Under the pieces are notes generated by a model that saw only the letters and a list, made by a program, of their open reading frames with translations, was not told where the DNA came from and did not search any database. This document shows, one piece after another, positions 48,095-58,344 of a stretch of 64,000 nucleotides of DNA. Position numbers and translations under genes: made by a program. This DNA is from a virus. The stretch is from the IMG/VR virus record IMGVR_UViG_3300037041_002705, positions 32,001-96,000 of that record; one strand, written 5' to 3'. How positions within the stretch are numbered: the stretch's first letter is position 1; every line of letters starts with the position of its first letter.

Positions 48095-48342
48095 TGGAAG
48101 CGACAGAACAAACAACAGAAACTGCGCAGGAGCGCCAACAAACGCCTGCTTATGTCATCGATGATCCAGCAAAGGCGATCAATGTTCTTGTGAATGCAGC
48201 AGAACATGCACAGCGTCTTGGTGCTTACAGCATGCAAGAAGCAAAGATCATCTATGATGCAATTGTATTCTTCAGGCCTGATAGGTCAGTTGAAGCAGTA
48301 AATGCTGCAGCGGCCCAAGAGGAGCAGCAACAGCAGGCTTAA
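48094..48342 (+). CDS. Small hypothetical protein
   Basis: GAGGA upstream; AINVLVNAAEHAQRLGAYSMQEA. Confidence 0.65.
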   Translation: MEATEQTTETAQERQQTPAYVIDDPAKAINVLVNAAEHAQRLGAYSMQEAKIIYDAIVFFRPDRSVEAVNAAAAQEEQQQQA

Positions 48343-48344
48343 CA

Positions 48345-49064
48345 ATGAAAAGGTGCCTTGTCATAGCGACCGTTGCTGAGGGCGGATTCTACAACGATCT
48401 TCCTTTGGGGTCGGATGCTGAGGCATCACGCACTTTTGATCTCATAAAGATAAACTTCAATCCTGTTGGGTTTTCTAGGGAATCCATAAACCATAGCCAT
48501 CAACCATGGTACCAAGAAGATGTAGGATTCAAACACCACATCTACAAGAGGCTGATAGAAAAACTGAATCTTCTTGATAGATATGACTGGATCTGGATGC
48601 CTGACTACGATGTCCATCTTGAACAGTCAGAGATTGAGAGGATGTTTAAGATCGCACAGGAATACAACCTGAACATCTGTCAGCCTTCTCTTACGCATGA
48701 TAGCTACCATAGCTTTCCTTTTGTACTGAACGATCCAACAAAGTTCATGAGGTACACAAACTACGTTGAGATCATGTGCCCGCTGTTCAAGACAGAAGCG
48801 CTGAAGAAGGTCCTTTGGACATTTACCATCACACACTCTGGTTGGGCACAGGATTTTCTTTGGGCAAGGGATCTCAACTATGAAAGGCTTGCAATCATTG
48901 ATGATGTACAGGCAAAACATGTCAAACCAGTTGAGAGCCAATATTGGCAGCTTCCAAATGGATTAAATGCTGATCAGGAGCTTGACATGGCAATAAAATT
49001 GTTTGGTCTTCAAAAGGAAATGTTCTGGCCTAAAGCAATAGGAGGAATAGATCGATGGACATAA
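48345..49064 (+). CDS. DUF707-like (GT-A) putative glycosyltransferase
   Basis: YDWIWMPDYDV, ICQPSL, TNYVEIMCPLF, GWAQDFLW, AIIDD...H. Confidence 0.75.
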   Translation: MKRCLVIATVAEGGFYNDLPLGSDAEASRTFDLIKINFNPVGFSRESINHSHQPWYQEDVGFKHHIYKRLIEKLNLLDRYDWIWMPDYDVHLEQSEIERMFKIAQEYNLNICQPSLTHDSYHSFPFVLNDPTKFMRYTNYVEIMCPLFKTEALKKVLWTFTITHSGWAQDFLWARDLNYERLAIIDDVQAKHVKPVESQYWQLPNGLNADQELDMAIKLFGLQKEMFWPKAIGGIDRWT

Positions 49065-49366
49065 ACTACAACATGGAGGATGACCTTGATTGGACGAATG
49101 CAGAGGTCATAGAACTGCACCCAAAGGGATGGAAGCCGGTGAGTGTCAGTTTCATAGATTCATACCCCTTTGTTTTTTGGAGGCTGAACAACATCCAAAA
49201 GAACTTTAGATCAAACTCAGATCTTGTTTCAAGGAAAGGCGTCAATGAATTCTTTTCTGATAGTCTTGCTTCCATGAAGCTTCTTGTTATGCATTCATTG
49301 GATGGTATGCCAGAAGAAAGAAAGAAATTTTACAAAGAAAATATATTGGAGCTCTTTGATGAATAA
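49055..49366 (+). CDS. Hypothetical protein
   Basis: Coupled ORF, GGAGG upstream. Confidence 0.55.
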   Translation: MDINYNMEDDLDWTNAEVIELHPKGWKPVSVSFIDSYPFVFWRLNNIQKNFRSNSDLVSRKGVNEFFSDSLASMKLLVMHSLDGMPEERKKFYKENILELFDE

Positions 49367-49958
49367 TCAATACCTACAATGGCTCTCAGGTCCAAAAAGG
49401 GGAGAAGTAGAGACTGCTGAGATGATGCAGGATGGACAGACGTTTGAGGACGTTGTCATCGTTTCAGGCGGAGGAAAAATCCCAATGTCAAAGATAGGAA
49501 AGGACTTCATAATACTTCCAGCTGCAAATGCAGCATTGAGTCAGATAGACCTCGATGTGATGTATCCGAAGCCAAACCCAAAGCAGAACAGAAGGGCTGA
49601 CCAAAAGCAAAGACGGCAGGAGGCGCCTGCTGTGCAGACTGACCATGTAAGCATACTTGGGTTTGATCCTTCCAACGATTCCCCTTCTGAGCCTCGCGTC
49701 CAGGAGAGACAAAGACCTAAGAAGCATTCTAGCTTTGCCACAGACCTTTTAACACGGGCAAAAAAGAATGATACAAAGATAACACTCGAACTACAGGTAG
49801 AAATGCCATCATCAGCATTCTTCTCGATGATGAATGAGACTTTTGAGGAATCAACGGTAAATGAAGTGATAGATATAATCATTGACTCAATTGACCAGGA
49901 AGCACTAAGAAATTCAATGAAGCAAAGCATAATCAAATTTTATGGAGGACAGAAGTGA
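49359..49958 (+). CDS. Hypothetical protein
   Basis: Likely start ATG 49359 (MNNQYLQW). Confidence 0.6.
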   Translation: MNNQYLQWLSGPKRGEVETAEMMQDGQTFEDVVIVSGGGKIPMSKIGKDFIILPAANAALSQIDLDVMYPKPNPKQNRRADQKQRRQEAPAVQTDHVSILGFDPSNDSPSEPRVQERQRPKKHSSFATDLLTRAKKNDTKITLELQVEMPSSAFFSMMNETFEESTVNEVIDIIIDSIDQEALRNSMKQSIIKFYGGQK

Positions 49959-50356
49959 CAGAAGACAACCAGCAAAATGAACAGCAATCAGAAGAAGTAA
50001 ACACACAGGATGCCCCTGAGCTTAATGATGGATTCGGTGCAATACCAAACATTACGTTCAACAGGAAGTTCAGACGTGCAATGCTCAAGCAGAGCGGATA
50101 CGTTAAGCTGAAGAACAAGCTTGGATACAAGGACTGGTTTGAGAATGTGAAGAACAATATCCAAAACGGAAAGCAACTTCATGCGACAAACACCGAAGAT
50201 TTCATACGTCGTGCAAAAGAGCGAATGGAGAAATCAAACGAATCTCTCGCTGGGTTCCTTCTTGAAAAGGGATATACAGAAGAACAGGCAGGAGAAGTTA
50301 TAGAGAGGAACATGGAGATCCATGAAAGGATTTCTATGAAAAAGATAAAGCCATGA
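49955..50356 (+). CDS. Hypothetical protein
   Basis: GTG start with GGAGG upstream; NRKFRRAMLKQ. Confidence 0.6.
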   Translation: MTEDNQQNEQQSEEVNTQDAPELNDGFGAIPNITFNRKFRRAMLKQSGYVKLKNKLGYKDWFENVKNNIQNGKQLHATNTEDFIRRAKERMEKSNESLAGFLLEKGYTEEQAGEVIERNMEIHERISMKKIKP

Positions 50357-50712
50357 ATTTTGTCTTTTCAAGAGAGAAGGTAAACCTTCCAAAGTATGCA
50401 TCCGGTTCGAAGCCATATGTCATTGATGTCAATAAGCTTCTTCTCAGGATAAAGAACAGAGATACCGATGGGATGGTCAATACATCAATATACCTGATGA
50501 ACCTTGTTCTTCAGGAAGAGTTTGAGTTTGCCATAAAGAAGAGGAAGACCTGCATATACTACATAAACCCTTCCATTTCCCTGGATACGATAAAGAACAT
50601 AAAGAAGGCTCTGCCTTCCATGGATATAACCATAAAGAAGTACTTCTTGGTCGATGACGACTCTCTAAAAAAGCTACACAAACACGTTGATCAAGTGATC
50701 AAACCAAGATAA
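50353..50712 (+). CDS. Hypothetical protein
   Basis: Coupled ORF ending at a terminator. Confidence 0.55.
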   Translation: MNFVFSREKVNLPKYASGSKPYVIDVNKLLLRIKNRDTDGMVNTSIYLMNLVLQEEFEFAIKKRKTCIYYINPSISLDTIKNIKKALPSMDITIKKYFLVDDDSLKKLHKHVDQVIKPR

Positions 50713-50738
50713 AGGCGCATATGCGCCTTTTCTTTTTT
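50711..50738 (+). terminator. Intrinsic terminator (perfect 20-bp palindrome + T-tract)
   Basis: aaaggcgcatatgcgccttt followed by tctttttt. Confidence 0.8.
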
Positions 50739-50747
50739 GATATATAC
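50739..50747 (+). promoter_or_regulatory. Putative late promoter GATATATAC
   Basis: Directly after the terminator; core ends 4 nt before ATG 50751. Confidence 0.7.
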
Positions 50748-50750
50748 GGC

Positions 50751-51482
50751 ATGGTAAAAGATCAACTCATAGAGCTTGTGCAGGATGAAATAACAGCTTC
50801 CGGTGCAATTTCAACATCAATTGGCATAAAGGAGATTGACAGGATCATAAACGATGCAGCAAGGTGGTTCTTCCAGAACTACCAGTATGCAGTCGAGACC
50901 GTCTACTACATCCTTCCTAGGTCAACGTTTGATTCCGTTTGGAAGTCAAACAGAAGGCAGATCGTCCTTCCTGACTGCGTTGTGAGCGTCCTTGATGTCA
51001 AGGAGATGAAGTCTGCAAACTTCTTTGGTATGGTCGACCAGGACATAACAGAGAACCGCCTGATTGCGGCAGAGCTTTACCTAGCCCCGTTTGGTAGCGA
51101 TGATCTCGTGTACAGAACGGCCCAGTATGCATACTATGACCTTACACGTGCATACTTCCTAGAACGAATACAATACGAATACAACCAGAACACACACCAC
51201 CTAACGCTGCTTGGACGAAATCCAAAGTATGATGTTTCCTGTAGGGTCATGACAAAGATACCAGAGCAGAGCCTGTATGACGATCCCCTCTTCATTGATT
51301 ATGTAAAGGGAAAGGCGCTTGTATCGATGGCACGCGTGTACTCTTTCATAAACTTCAACCTTCCAGGAGGGGCACAGATAAACGCATCTATATTTGAGAG
51401 CCAAGGCCAGGCAATGGTGGACAAGGTTCTAGAGAAGATAGACTCTGATAACGTACCAGACTACTTCGTACAGATACACTAA
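50751..51482 (+). CDS. Neck/head-tail adaptor (gp13-like)
   Basis: EIDRIINDAARWF, LPDCVVSV, YEYNQNTHHL, NLPGGAQIN. Confidence 0.8.
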   Translation: MVKDQLIELVQDEITASGAISTSIGIKEIDRIINDAARWFFQNYQYAVETVYYILPRSTFDSVWKSNRRQIVLPDCVVSVLDVKEMKSANFFGMVDQDITENRLIAAELYLAPFGSDDLVYRTAQYAYYDLTRAYFLERIQYEYNQNTHHLTLLGRNPKYDVSCRVMTKIPEQSLYDDPLFIDYVKGKALVSMARVYSFINFNLPGGAQINASIFESQGQAMVDKVLEKIDSDNVPDYFVQIH

Positions 51483-51488
51483 TAACAT

Positions 51489-51851
51489 ATGCTTAGGGAC
51501 ATCTATCTCAGAAATGAAGACGATCCAAAGTATGTGGCAAACAAGATGGAGGAGAATGATAACATCCAAGATCTTGTTGAGCAGCTAAAGATGCTCTTTG
51601 CCACATCACCAGGTGAAGTCATCGCTTATCCATACTACGGTCTGAACCTCGAGGACATGCTGTTTGAGTTTGATTTTGATCAGGACCAAATACGTCAAGA
51701 GATAGACCGCCAGTACTTTGAGTACATAAAGCCATACTTCCCAGGAATAAACGTTGAAATTGATGTTTATGTTTCTGAGGGCGAGGTATCAAGGACAATG
51801 ATCATTGATGTGTACATCAATCAAATTCTAAACTTTCAGGTGATAACATGA
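51489..51851 (+). CDS. Baseplate wedge / sheath initiator (gp25-like)
   Basis: MLFATSPGEV..P.YGLNLEDMLFE. Confidence 0.8.
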   Translation: MLRDIYLRNEDDPKYVANKMEENDNIQDLVEQLKMLFATSPGEVIAYPYYGLNLEDMLFEFDFDQDQIRQEIDRQYFEYIKPYFPGINVEIDVYVSEGEVSRTMIIDVYINQILNFQVIT

Positions 51852-54457
51852 GCATATTTGCAGATGCATTAAAATTGTCCCTTCCACCTAACCCTACCAG
51901 TATGATAGAGGGACAAGTTACCTCTACCATCACATCAGGAATTGTGTTTGGGTCCGATCCTGCACTCACGCTCAAGACGACTGTCAACAATGTTCTTGGA
52001 GTAGATCCAACTACAGCAAACACATTAGGTCCAAACTTTGATAGGTTTTCTGTTCTTGAGTTCCCTCAGCCATTTGGAGTTGTTGGAAACCTCTTTCAAT
52101 CTGGACAGGATCTGGTTCCAATTGCAAGAATATCATCAAACTTTGGTGGCACCTTCATAGGTGATGAGCTAACACAGATAAATGTTGCAAACTTGTTGGA
52201 GAATCCAGGAGCAGAGCTTTCAACATTTGCAAACAACCTCTCACGAGGTCTTGCAAACCAAGCAAGGCAGCAGGGAAACTCCATAGCAAGAAGCGTTGTC
52301 CAAGATATAAAGGATGTTTTTAGAGGCGCTGTAAATTCTCTATTGGATCCAGCGGCAGCAAAAACAACAAACCTTGGCGTTGTTGATTCTCGTCTGACGT
52401 ATGCATTCTATGGGCCGCTTGATGCAAACAAGAAGTATTCCAAGGGGCAGCCAAGCCCCCAGGTAGGACTTGCTGCAACTGGCGTTGTATCGGTTCCAAC
52501 AATCACCCCTTCTCAACCGGTGGGATTTCAGGGCGTTGAGCCTATAACAAACCCGCATTACGTCTTCAGGCTAAACACAGTTGCAAACGGAATGTCGTCT
52601 GGCGATGATGGCGCAGCACAGTCAAGGCTTCTTCTTGATAAAGAAGCAAGAATGGGTCTATCGACCGTTGGAAAGAAGGAGGTCACGCTTTCGGCAATTC
52701 TTGGAAGGTTTGGTGGGTTCTCCCAATCAAACCCAACTCCATACAGAGCGGCAGATTTTCTGTGGCTAAAATACTACAACAGGATACCGCTGACAAGGAT
52801 GATAACGCTCAGGCGTTACATGTTTCCAATACAGGACAACCTGACAAGGAGCCCGTACTTTGGAGGAGGAACAGGAAAGCGTGGATCGTGGAGGGTAAAG
52901 GGCTGGGCAAACAACCCAATATCACAGATGGTCACGTATTTTGGCGGAGAAACCGGAAACGACCTCAGTACAATACTAAAGATATCAGTTGCATCAAAGT
53001 GGGAAGATACCACGGGTTCGAAGGTCAACGACATTCAGCTCTTCTCTGGTCAGCCGGTTGATGCAATAAGCATGTTTGATTCAAGCCGTGTTGCAAAACT
53101 GACTGCTGGCATAGCAAACCTCGGGCTTTCCATCCCTGGAAACGCCGTTACTTCAGCACTTGGAGGAGCTGGAAACTTGGGAGGTAGATTCTTTGAAAAC
53201 ATCAAGTCCGTTGCACAAAAAAATAACATCGATGCATCTACCCTTGCAGCAGGTGTTTTGGCATATGTTGGCGTCATAGACAAAAGCAGGTTTTCTGGGA
53301 TACAGAGCTACCTAGATCTGTTCAATCCATACGCGCAGGGTGGCTACCTGTCGGATCTTTACAGAGAGCCCTACAACAGAATCCTATCAACACAGAAAAG
53401 GGTTCCTGGTTTGACTGGGGGCGTCATGGGAGACGGCCTGGTTAACATTAAGTTTGAATACTCTCTAAAGGCAATAGGCCACATAAATGCCAAGGCTGCA
53501 ATGCTTGACATAATGGCAAACATCCTTGCAACCACCCACTACAGAGGAAACTTCTGGGGAGGAGAGGCAAGGTTCTACCTCAACAAAGGAATATTCCCTC
53601 TATTGGATGAAAGGCAGACGATTGAATTTGTTAAGATGATATGGTCAGGAAACTTTGATGGCGCCACGCAGACTTTTGAGACAATCATAAAGGAGGCATT
53701 TGGAAACCAGCTTCCAACGGTTGATGCCATAAAGGGCCTTCTTGCCATACGCGACTCAAACGTACAAACACCAAAGAATGCGGGTGATGTCCAAAACAAC
53801 AGGGTTGCTGGAGGGGGCGGTACAGGAGTCACCGCAGCCGAAGCAGCTGCAGCCGCATCCGCAGGAATTCCTGACAAGCTGAAGGACATAGCAGCCATAG
53901 ACCTTCTTTCGGGCTTGTTTGGCCTGACTGATGGAGGAGGAAATGCATCAATACCTTCATTCCAGGCATTGAGGACAGGGGCGCCCGTAGGGGAGTGGCA
54001 TCTGACTGTAGGAAATCCGTTTAAGCCAATTGCTGTGATAGGAAACCTCATATGTGAGGGCGTTGACATAGCTTTCAACAATGAACTTGGCCCTGATGAC
54101 TTCCCAACAGAGATGACTGCTACCGTCAAGCTTAAGCCAGGAATGTCCAGGGCAAACCAGGACGTTGAGTCCGTCTTTAATGATGGATTTGGCCCTCTCT
54201 ACATACCTAAGCCTGACCTGTTTGAAGGAGGCAAGGGGCTTGATCAGGTGCAAGAGGAGATATCAAAGCAGGTTGCAAGAGGCGGAATATTTGATTTCAT
54301 GGGCCTTGTTCCAGAATCTACGGTTGAGTCACTATCAAACTTCTTTAAGGTGGCATCAAACACTGATACCGATCTTCCTTCTCCACACATAGCAAGGCCC
54401 GATCAAGTCAGAACTGATGATCCCAAAGCAAATGTAAACAATGTGGGCTCTAGATGA
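51848..54457 (+). CDS. Large baseplate/tube-cap-like structural protein
   Basis: Baseplate context; C-terminal GEWHLTVGNPF..IGNLIC..DFPTEMTATVKLK tube-initiator-like pattern. Confidence 0.5.
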   Translation: MSIFADALKLSLPPNPTSMIEGQVTSTITSGIVFGSDPALTLKTTVNNVLGVDPTTANTLGPNFDRFSVLEFPQPFGVVGNLFQSGQDLVPIARISSNFGGTFIGDELTQINVANLLENPGAELSTFANNLSRGLANQARQQGNSIARSVVQDIKDVFRGAVNSLLDPAAAKTTNLGVVDSRLTYAFYGPLDANKKYSKGQPSPQVGLAATGVVSVPTITPSQPVGFQGVEPITNPHYVFRLNTVANGMSSGDDGAAQSRLLLDKEARMGLSTVGKKEVTLSAILGRFGGFSQSNPTPYRAADFLWLKYYNRIPLTRMITLRRYMFPIQDNLTRSPYFGGGTGKRGSWRVKGWANNPISQMVTYFGGETGNDLSTILKISVASKWEDTTGSKVNDIQLFSGQPVDAISMFDSSRVAKLTAGIANLGLSIPGNAVTSALGGAGNLGGRFFENIKSVAQKNNIDASTLAAGVLAYVGVIDKSRFSGIQSYLDLFNPYAQGGYLSDLYREPYNRILSTQKRVPGLTGGVMGDGLVNIKFEYSLKAIGHINAKAAMLDIMANILATTHYRGNFWGGEARFYLNKGIFPLLDERQTIEFVKMIWSGNFDGATQTFETIIKEAFGNQLPTVDAIKGLLAIRDSNVQTPKNAGDVQNNRVAGGGGTGVTAAEAAAAASAGIPDKLKDIAAIDLLSGLFGLTDGGGNASIPSFQALRTGAPVGEWHLTVGNPFKPIAVIGNLICEGVDIAFNNELGPDDFPTEMTATVKLKPGMSRANQDVESVFNDGFGPLYIPKPDLFEGGKGLDQVQEEISKQVARGGIFDFMGLVPESTVESLSNFFKVASNTDTDLPSPHIARPDQVRTDDPKANVNNVGSR

Positions 54458-55071
54458 TGAAACCGATCGCATCCATAGACTTCAGCATAAATTCAACATG
54501 CATCACAGTGCTGTCTGAAGATGGATACCATTGGCATCACTTTGGGCGTGAAAAGACTTCATACTTCGATCTTGGAAGCGATGGATTCACAAGGCATCTT
54601 TTTCCAAAGAGGGTCAAAGGAGAGGACTACTGTTCAACAGAACGTGCAAAGCTCATCGATGCTGAGGTGTTTTGTTCAGCAATAGTTGATGTTCTTAAGG
54701 ACAACGGCATCTCTTCAGTTGCGTTTGAGGGCCATTCGTTCAACAGCAAAGGAAACAGCCTTCTTGAGCTTGTGTCATACCAATTCCTTCTAAGGAATAT
54801 GTTGAAGGCAGGTCTTTCTATACCACCTGAAAGCATGTTCTTCTATCCTCCAATAACAGTTAAGGCTTTTGCCGGAGGAGCAAAGTTCAAAAAGAAGGAC
54901 ATGTTGGAAAGGTTCATTGAGGTCCAAGATCCAATGCTCCATAAGAATCCGGTGTTCATCAGGATAAAGGATTCAATGGATAAGGTTCTAAAGGGCGAAG
55001 ACGTCGTAAAGCCAGTAGATGACCTTGTGGATTCCTATTGGATAGTCAAAAAATTGCAGCAAGATGTTTGA
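54454..55071 (+). CDS. RuvC-like Holliday junction resolvase
   Basis: SIDFSINSTC, VAFEG, PITVKAFAG..KKDM, DDLVDSY. Confidence 0.75.
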   Translation: MMKPIASIDFSINSTCITVLSEDGYHWHHFGREKTSYFDLGSDGFTRHLFPKRVKGEDYCSTERAKLIDAEVFCSAIVDVLKDNGISSVAFEGHSFNSKGNSLLELVSYQFLLRNMLKAGLSIPPESMFFYPPITVKAFAGGAKFKKKDMLERFIEVQDPMLHKNPVFIRIKDSMDKVLKGEDVVKPVDDLVDSYWIVKKLQQDV

Positions 55072-55672
55072 TTCGTTTATTCTTTCCAGAAAGCCTGAAA
55101 AGACAGAACAGGGGACGATGCAGAGGGTTGTTGACATAGCTGCAAGAACCCTAAAGTCCATAAATGCAAGGATGCAAACGATCGCAAAGGTCGTTGATGG
55201 GGAACAGGCAAGGCCTGATCTTGTGTCACTTCGCGTGTATGGCGAGGACACATACCAGGACCAGATATGCAAGATGAATGGCATATCCAACCCATACTCC
55301 CTAAACATCGATGATGTCCTCGTGATACCAAACACTGTGTCGTTTTCCAGAGAGGTACAAGTAGAGAGCGAGCCCGTTCCAAGTGAGGTTCCCATTGACT
55401 TTAGGATAAACTTCAAGGACATAAACAAGAACCCAAACCAAGAAACAGCGATACAAAAGTTCAACCAGTCCTTTGAGAAGGGTGTCGATCAGCTGAAAGA
55501 GGACGGAAGCGGGCTTCCTCCTAGCGTTGCAGATTTTGGCGACAAGCAGTTTCTGATAAGAGGCGGCGAAGTGATATTTGCACCAAACATAGGAAAGTGC
55601 ATAACCAATGAGAGCAACCCAATAAGCAAGGGAGAACTCCTTGCCAGGCTGATCAAAAATCGAATAGTTTAA
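55064..55672 (+). CDS. Baseplate wedge protein (gp53/LysM-like)
   Basis: RPDLVSLRVYG..ICKMNGISNPYSL..LVIP. Confidence 0.8.
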   Translation: MFDSFILSRKPEKTEQGTMQRVVDIAARTLKSINARMQTIAKVVDGEQARPDLVSLRVYGEDTYQDQICKMNGISNPYSLNIDDVLVIPNTVSFSREVQVESEPVPSEVPIDFRINFKDINKNPNQETAIQKFNQSFEKGVDQLKEDGSGLPPSVADFGDKQFLIRGGEVIFAPNIGKCITNESNPISKGELLARLIKNRIV

Positions 55673-57088
55673 TTGTTAGACCAGGTAAACATAAAAGAGA
55701 AGGTAAAGGCAAAGCTTAACCTTGTTACGCTTTCAGCTCCATCCGAAAGATTAGGAACAGGTGGTCCGCAGGGCTATACGACTGCGCTCGTTGGCCAAGC
55801 ATACCCATATGTTGTCATAAACGGAAAGGAGATACCTCCTACGCTTCTTGGAAGGCTTGAGATAGATTGCATGGGATTCATGCCGAAGCTCTTCATGACG
55901 ATGAGCCTCATGGGTGGAAAGGTCGATTTCTTCAAGAGGATATTTCCAAGGGCAGGAGACATTGTATCGATATTTCTAAGGTCTCCAAACGATAACATCA
56001 AGCCGATAAGAAATGACTATCAGATAGTCACCGTTGACTACCTTGGAAGCCAATACCAGGGTGACGTTGGCGAGTCCTTCATAAGGATAACAGCAAGGTT
56101 GTATGTGCCAAACTTCTATTCACAGAAGACGTTCTCTCTAGAGGGAACAGGCTATGAGGTTCTAAAGAAGATCTGCGAAGAGCTAGAGATAGGATTTGCA
56201 TCAAACGTTGATGGCACCGATGATGCAATGAAATGGATGACCGTTGGAAACTATGAGAGCTTCATCAATAATGTCACAAGACACATGTGGCAGGATGAAA
56301 ACAGCTTCTTCACAACGTTCATAGACTTTTACTACAACCTGAATGTTGTGAATGTCAACAGGCAGTTTACATATGCACCTGATGGACAGCCAGGGGTGAT
56401 AAGTGACATAAACATACGAGTCCCAAGCAAGAATACAACATTCGAGAAGGAGCTTGATGTTTTTGCACTCACGAACGACCTCAGAACGATGTCGTTCAAC
56501 AACTACATCTCAAGGTTTAACGTCATAAACAATGCGTCTCTCATAACATACAAGGAAGGCGTATCAAAGGACTATTCGCTGTATGACTTTTCATCAAAGA
56601 CCGTCGTCTTCGATAGGGTTACGCCACTATCAACGGCGGATGCCCCTCAGGATGTTACGCCTGTCCACCTCAATCTCTCGACTGGCCTTCAACCTTCAAG
56701 GACCTGGCTTGGGCTGCAATACTCATCTCCGATAGGCAACGTTCACAAGAACTACAACTTTGCTGAAATGTTAAACACATTCAATCTCATGGAGATAGAA
56801 AAGATGATGTTGGAAGCAAGCCTCATGAATCCAAACCTCTTCATTCACCGTGGGCAAAGGGTTCCAGTTCTCCTGTTCAACTACGGAGATAACATCGATT
56901 CGATATCAACAACAGATCCTAAGTATGACATGACGGACAGGACTCATTCTGTCCTTAATTCATTCCTTAGCGATTTTTATTATGTAAAGGGTCATAAGAT
57001 AGTTTATGATCCTGGACAACAGATAGGATTTTCACAGGTGATATACCTCTCAAAGAGGGAGTGGGTATCATCACCAGCAAGACAGTAA
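55673..57088 (+). CDS. Baseplate hub protein (gp27-like)
   Basis: Size, context, EVLKKICEELEIG, FIDFYYNLNVVNV, YYVKGHKIVY. Confidence 0.55.
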   Translation: MLDQVNIKEKVKAKLNLVTLSAPSERLGTGGPQGYTTALVGQAYPYVVINGKEIPPTLLGRLEIDCMGFMPKLFMTMSLMGGKVDFFKRIFPRAGDIVSIFLRSPNDNIKPIRNDYQIVTVDYLGSQYQGDVGESFIRITARLYVPNFYSQKTFSLEGTGYEVLKKICEELEIGFASNVDGTDDAMKWMTVGNYESFINNVTRHMWQDENSFFTTFIDFYYNLNVVNVNRQFTYAPDGQPGVISDINIRVPSKNTTFEKELDVFALTNDLRTMSFNNYISRFNVINNASLITYKEGVSKDYSLYDFSSKTVVFDRVTPLSTADAPQDVTPVHLNLSTGLQPSRTWLGLQYSSPIGNVHKNYNFAEMLNTFNLMEIEKMMLEASLMNPNLFIHRGQRVPVLLFNYGDNIDSISTTDPKYDMTDRTHSVLNSFLSDFYYVKGHKIVYDPGQQIGFSQVIYLSKREWVSSPARQ

Positions 57089-57108
57089 ACTAATAAAGGA
57101 ACAGAAAA

Positions 57109-58344
57109 GTGCCAATCACACCAGTCGTTGCAATATTTTCAAAGGACCCTTCAAAGATTCAAGACATAAAGCTCAAGTCTAGCAGTTACATAGATTGGGA
57201 GTCACATGATTTTGAGTGTCACTTCTTTTCAGACACAGATGATCTGAACAGTGTGATAACCAAGTTGAACCCTGCCGTTTTCATAACAACAGGAAACAGT
57301 TCAGACTATGGTCAATTGTTCAATGCACCATACAGCGTCAGAAGAAAATGGATACATGTCGATGAATACGATGCAAATCCTGTAATAGGCGACAATGCAT
57401 ACACGTGCTTCATAGACTCATCATTGAATGTCGAAAAGAACCTTGCAGATCCTCTTGTTAGCTGCTTCACGCCAACATACAGGACTGGAAACAGGATATA
57501 TCGCGTCTTTGCATCACTTCAGGCACAGAGGCATAAGAACTGGGAATGGGTGATGTATGATGATTCAAACGATGGAGGAAAAACGTATGACATGCTTCTT
57601 GAGCTTGCCCAGCAGGATCACAGGATAAAGGTATTCAGAGGCCCAAAGCCTAGCGGCATGATTGGTGAGGTAAAGAGGTATGCAGCAGGACTCTGCACAG
57701 GAAAGTATCTTGTTGAGCTTGATCATGATGACGTCCTCACATATTGGGCACTTGACCACGTGGTCTCTGGTTTCAATGAGTATCCAGAAGGAAAGTTTCT
57801 GTACACAGATGCATCAGAGGTCTTTGAGACCGGTGGATGCGTGAACTACGGATCGTTCTGGGGCTTTGGATATGGAAGGCATTATGAAGCACACTACAAT
57901 GGTGCAGTATACACGTGTGAAACTGCTCCTATAAACCCAAAGACTATCAGGCACATAGTTGCCGCTCCTAACCACATCAGGGCATGGGAGTCTGATTTCT
58001 ACTTCAGCATAGGCGGACACAACCCACGTCTCCACATAGCTGATGACTACGAACTCGTCGTCCGGAGCTTCCTGAAGACCAGGTTCATACACGTCCCAAG
58101 GCTCTGCTACCTGCAGTACATGAACAGCGGTGGTAACAACACACAGGAGCCAAGGCGCCCTGAGATACAACGTGCAGTAAGATACATATCATCATACTAC
58201 GACAAGATGATACACGACAGGTTCGTCGAGCTTGGGTTCGATGACTTTGTCTGGGATGAAGAGCAACAGAGGTCAAACATGGCAATTCCAAACCCAGAGG
58301 AGACCCCAGATGCTGCGCTTATCACAAAATTTCAGGATCAATGA
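57109..58344 (+). CDS. Glycosyltransferase family 2
   Basis: VSCFTPTY, SLQAQ..NWEW..DD, ELDHDD, ADDYELV. Confidence 0.88.
   Translation: MPITPVVAIFSKDPSKIQDIKLKSSSYIDWESHDFECHFFSDTDDLNSVITKLNPAVFITTGNSSDYGQLFNAPYSVRRKWIHVDEYDANPVIGDNAYTCFIDSSLNVEKNLADPLVSCFTPTYRTGNRIYRVFASLQAQRHKNWEWVMYDDSNDGGKTYDMLLELAQQDHRIKVFRGPKPSGMIGEVKRYAAGLCTGKYLVELDHDDVLTYWALDHVVSGFNEYPEGKFLYTDASEVFETGGCVNYGSFWGFGYGRHYEAHYNGAVYTCETAPINPKTIRHIVAAPNHIRAWESDFYFSIGGHNPRLHIADDYELVVRSFLKTRFIHVPRLCYLQYMNSGGNNTQEPRRPEIQRAVRYISSYYDKMIHDRFVELGFDDFVWDEEQQRSNMAIPNPEETPDAALITKFQDQ

Noticed and set aside
50721-50750. ORF-track start for the gp13-like gene at 50721
   Set aside because: That ATG lies in the terminator palindrome; ATG 50751 after the late motif is more plausible
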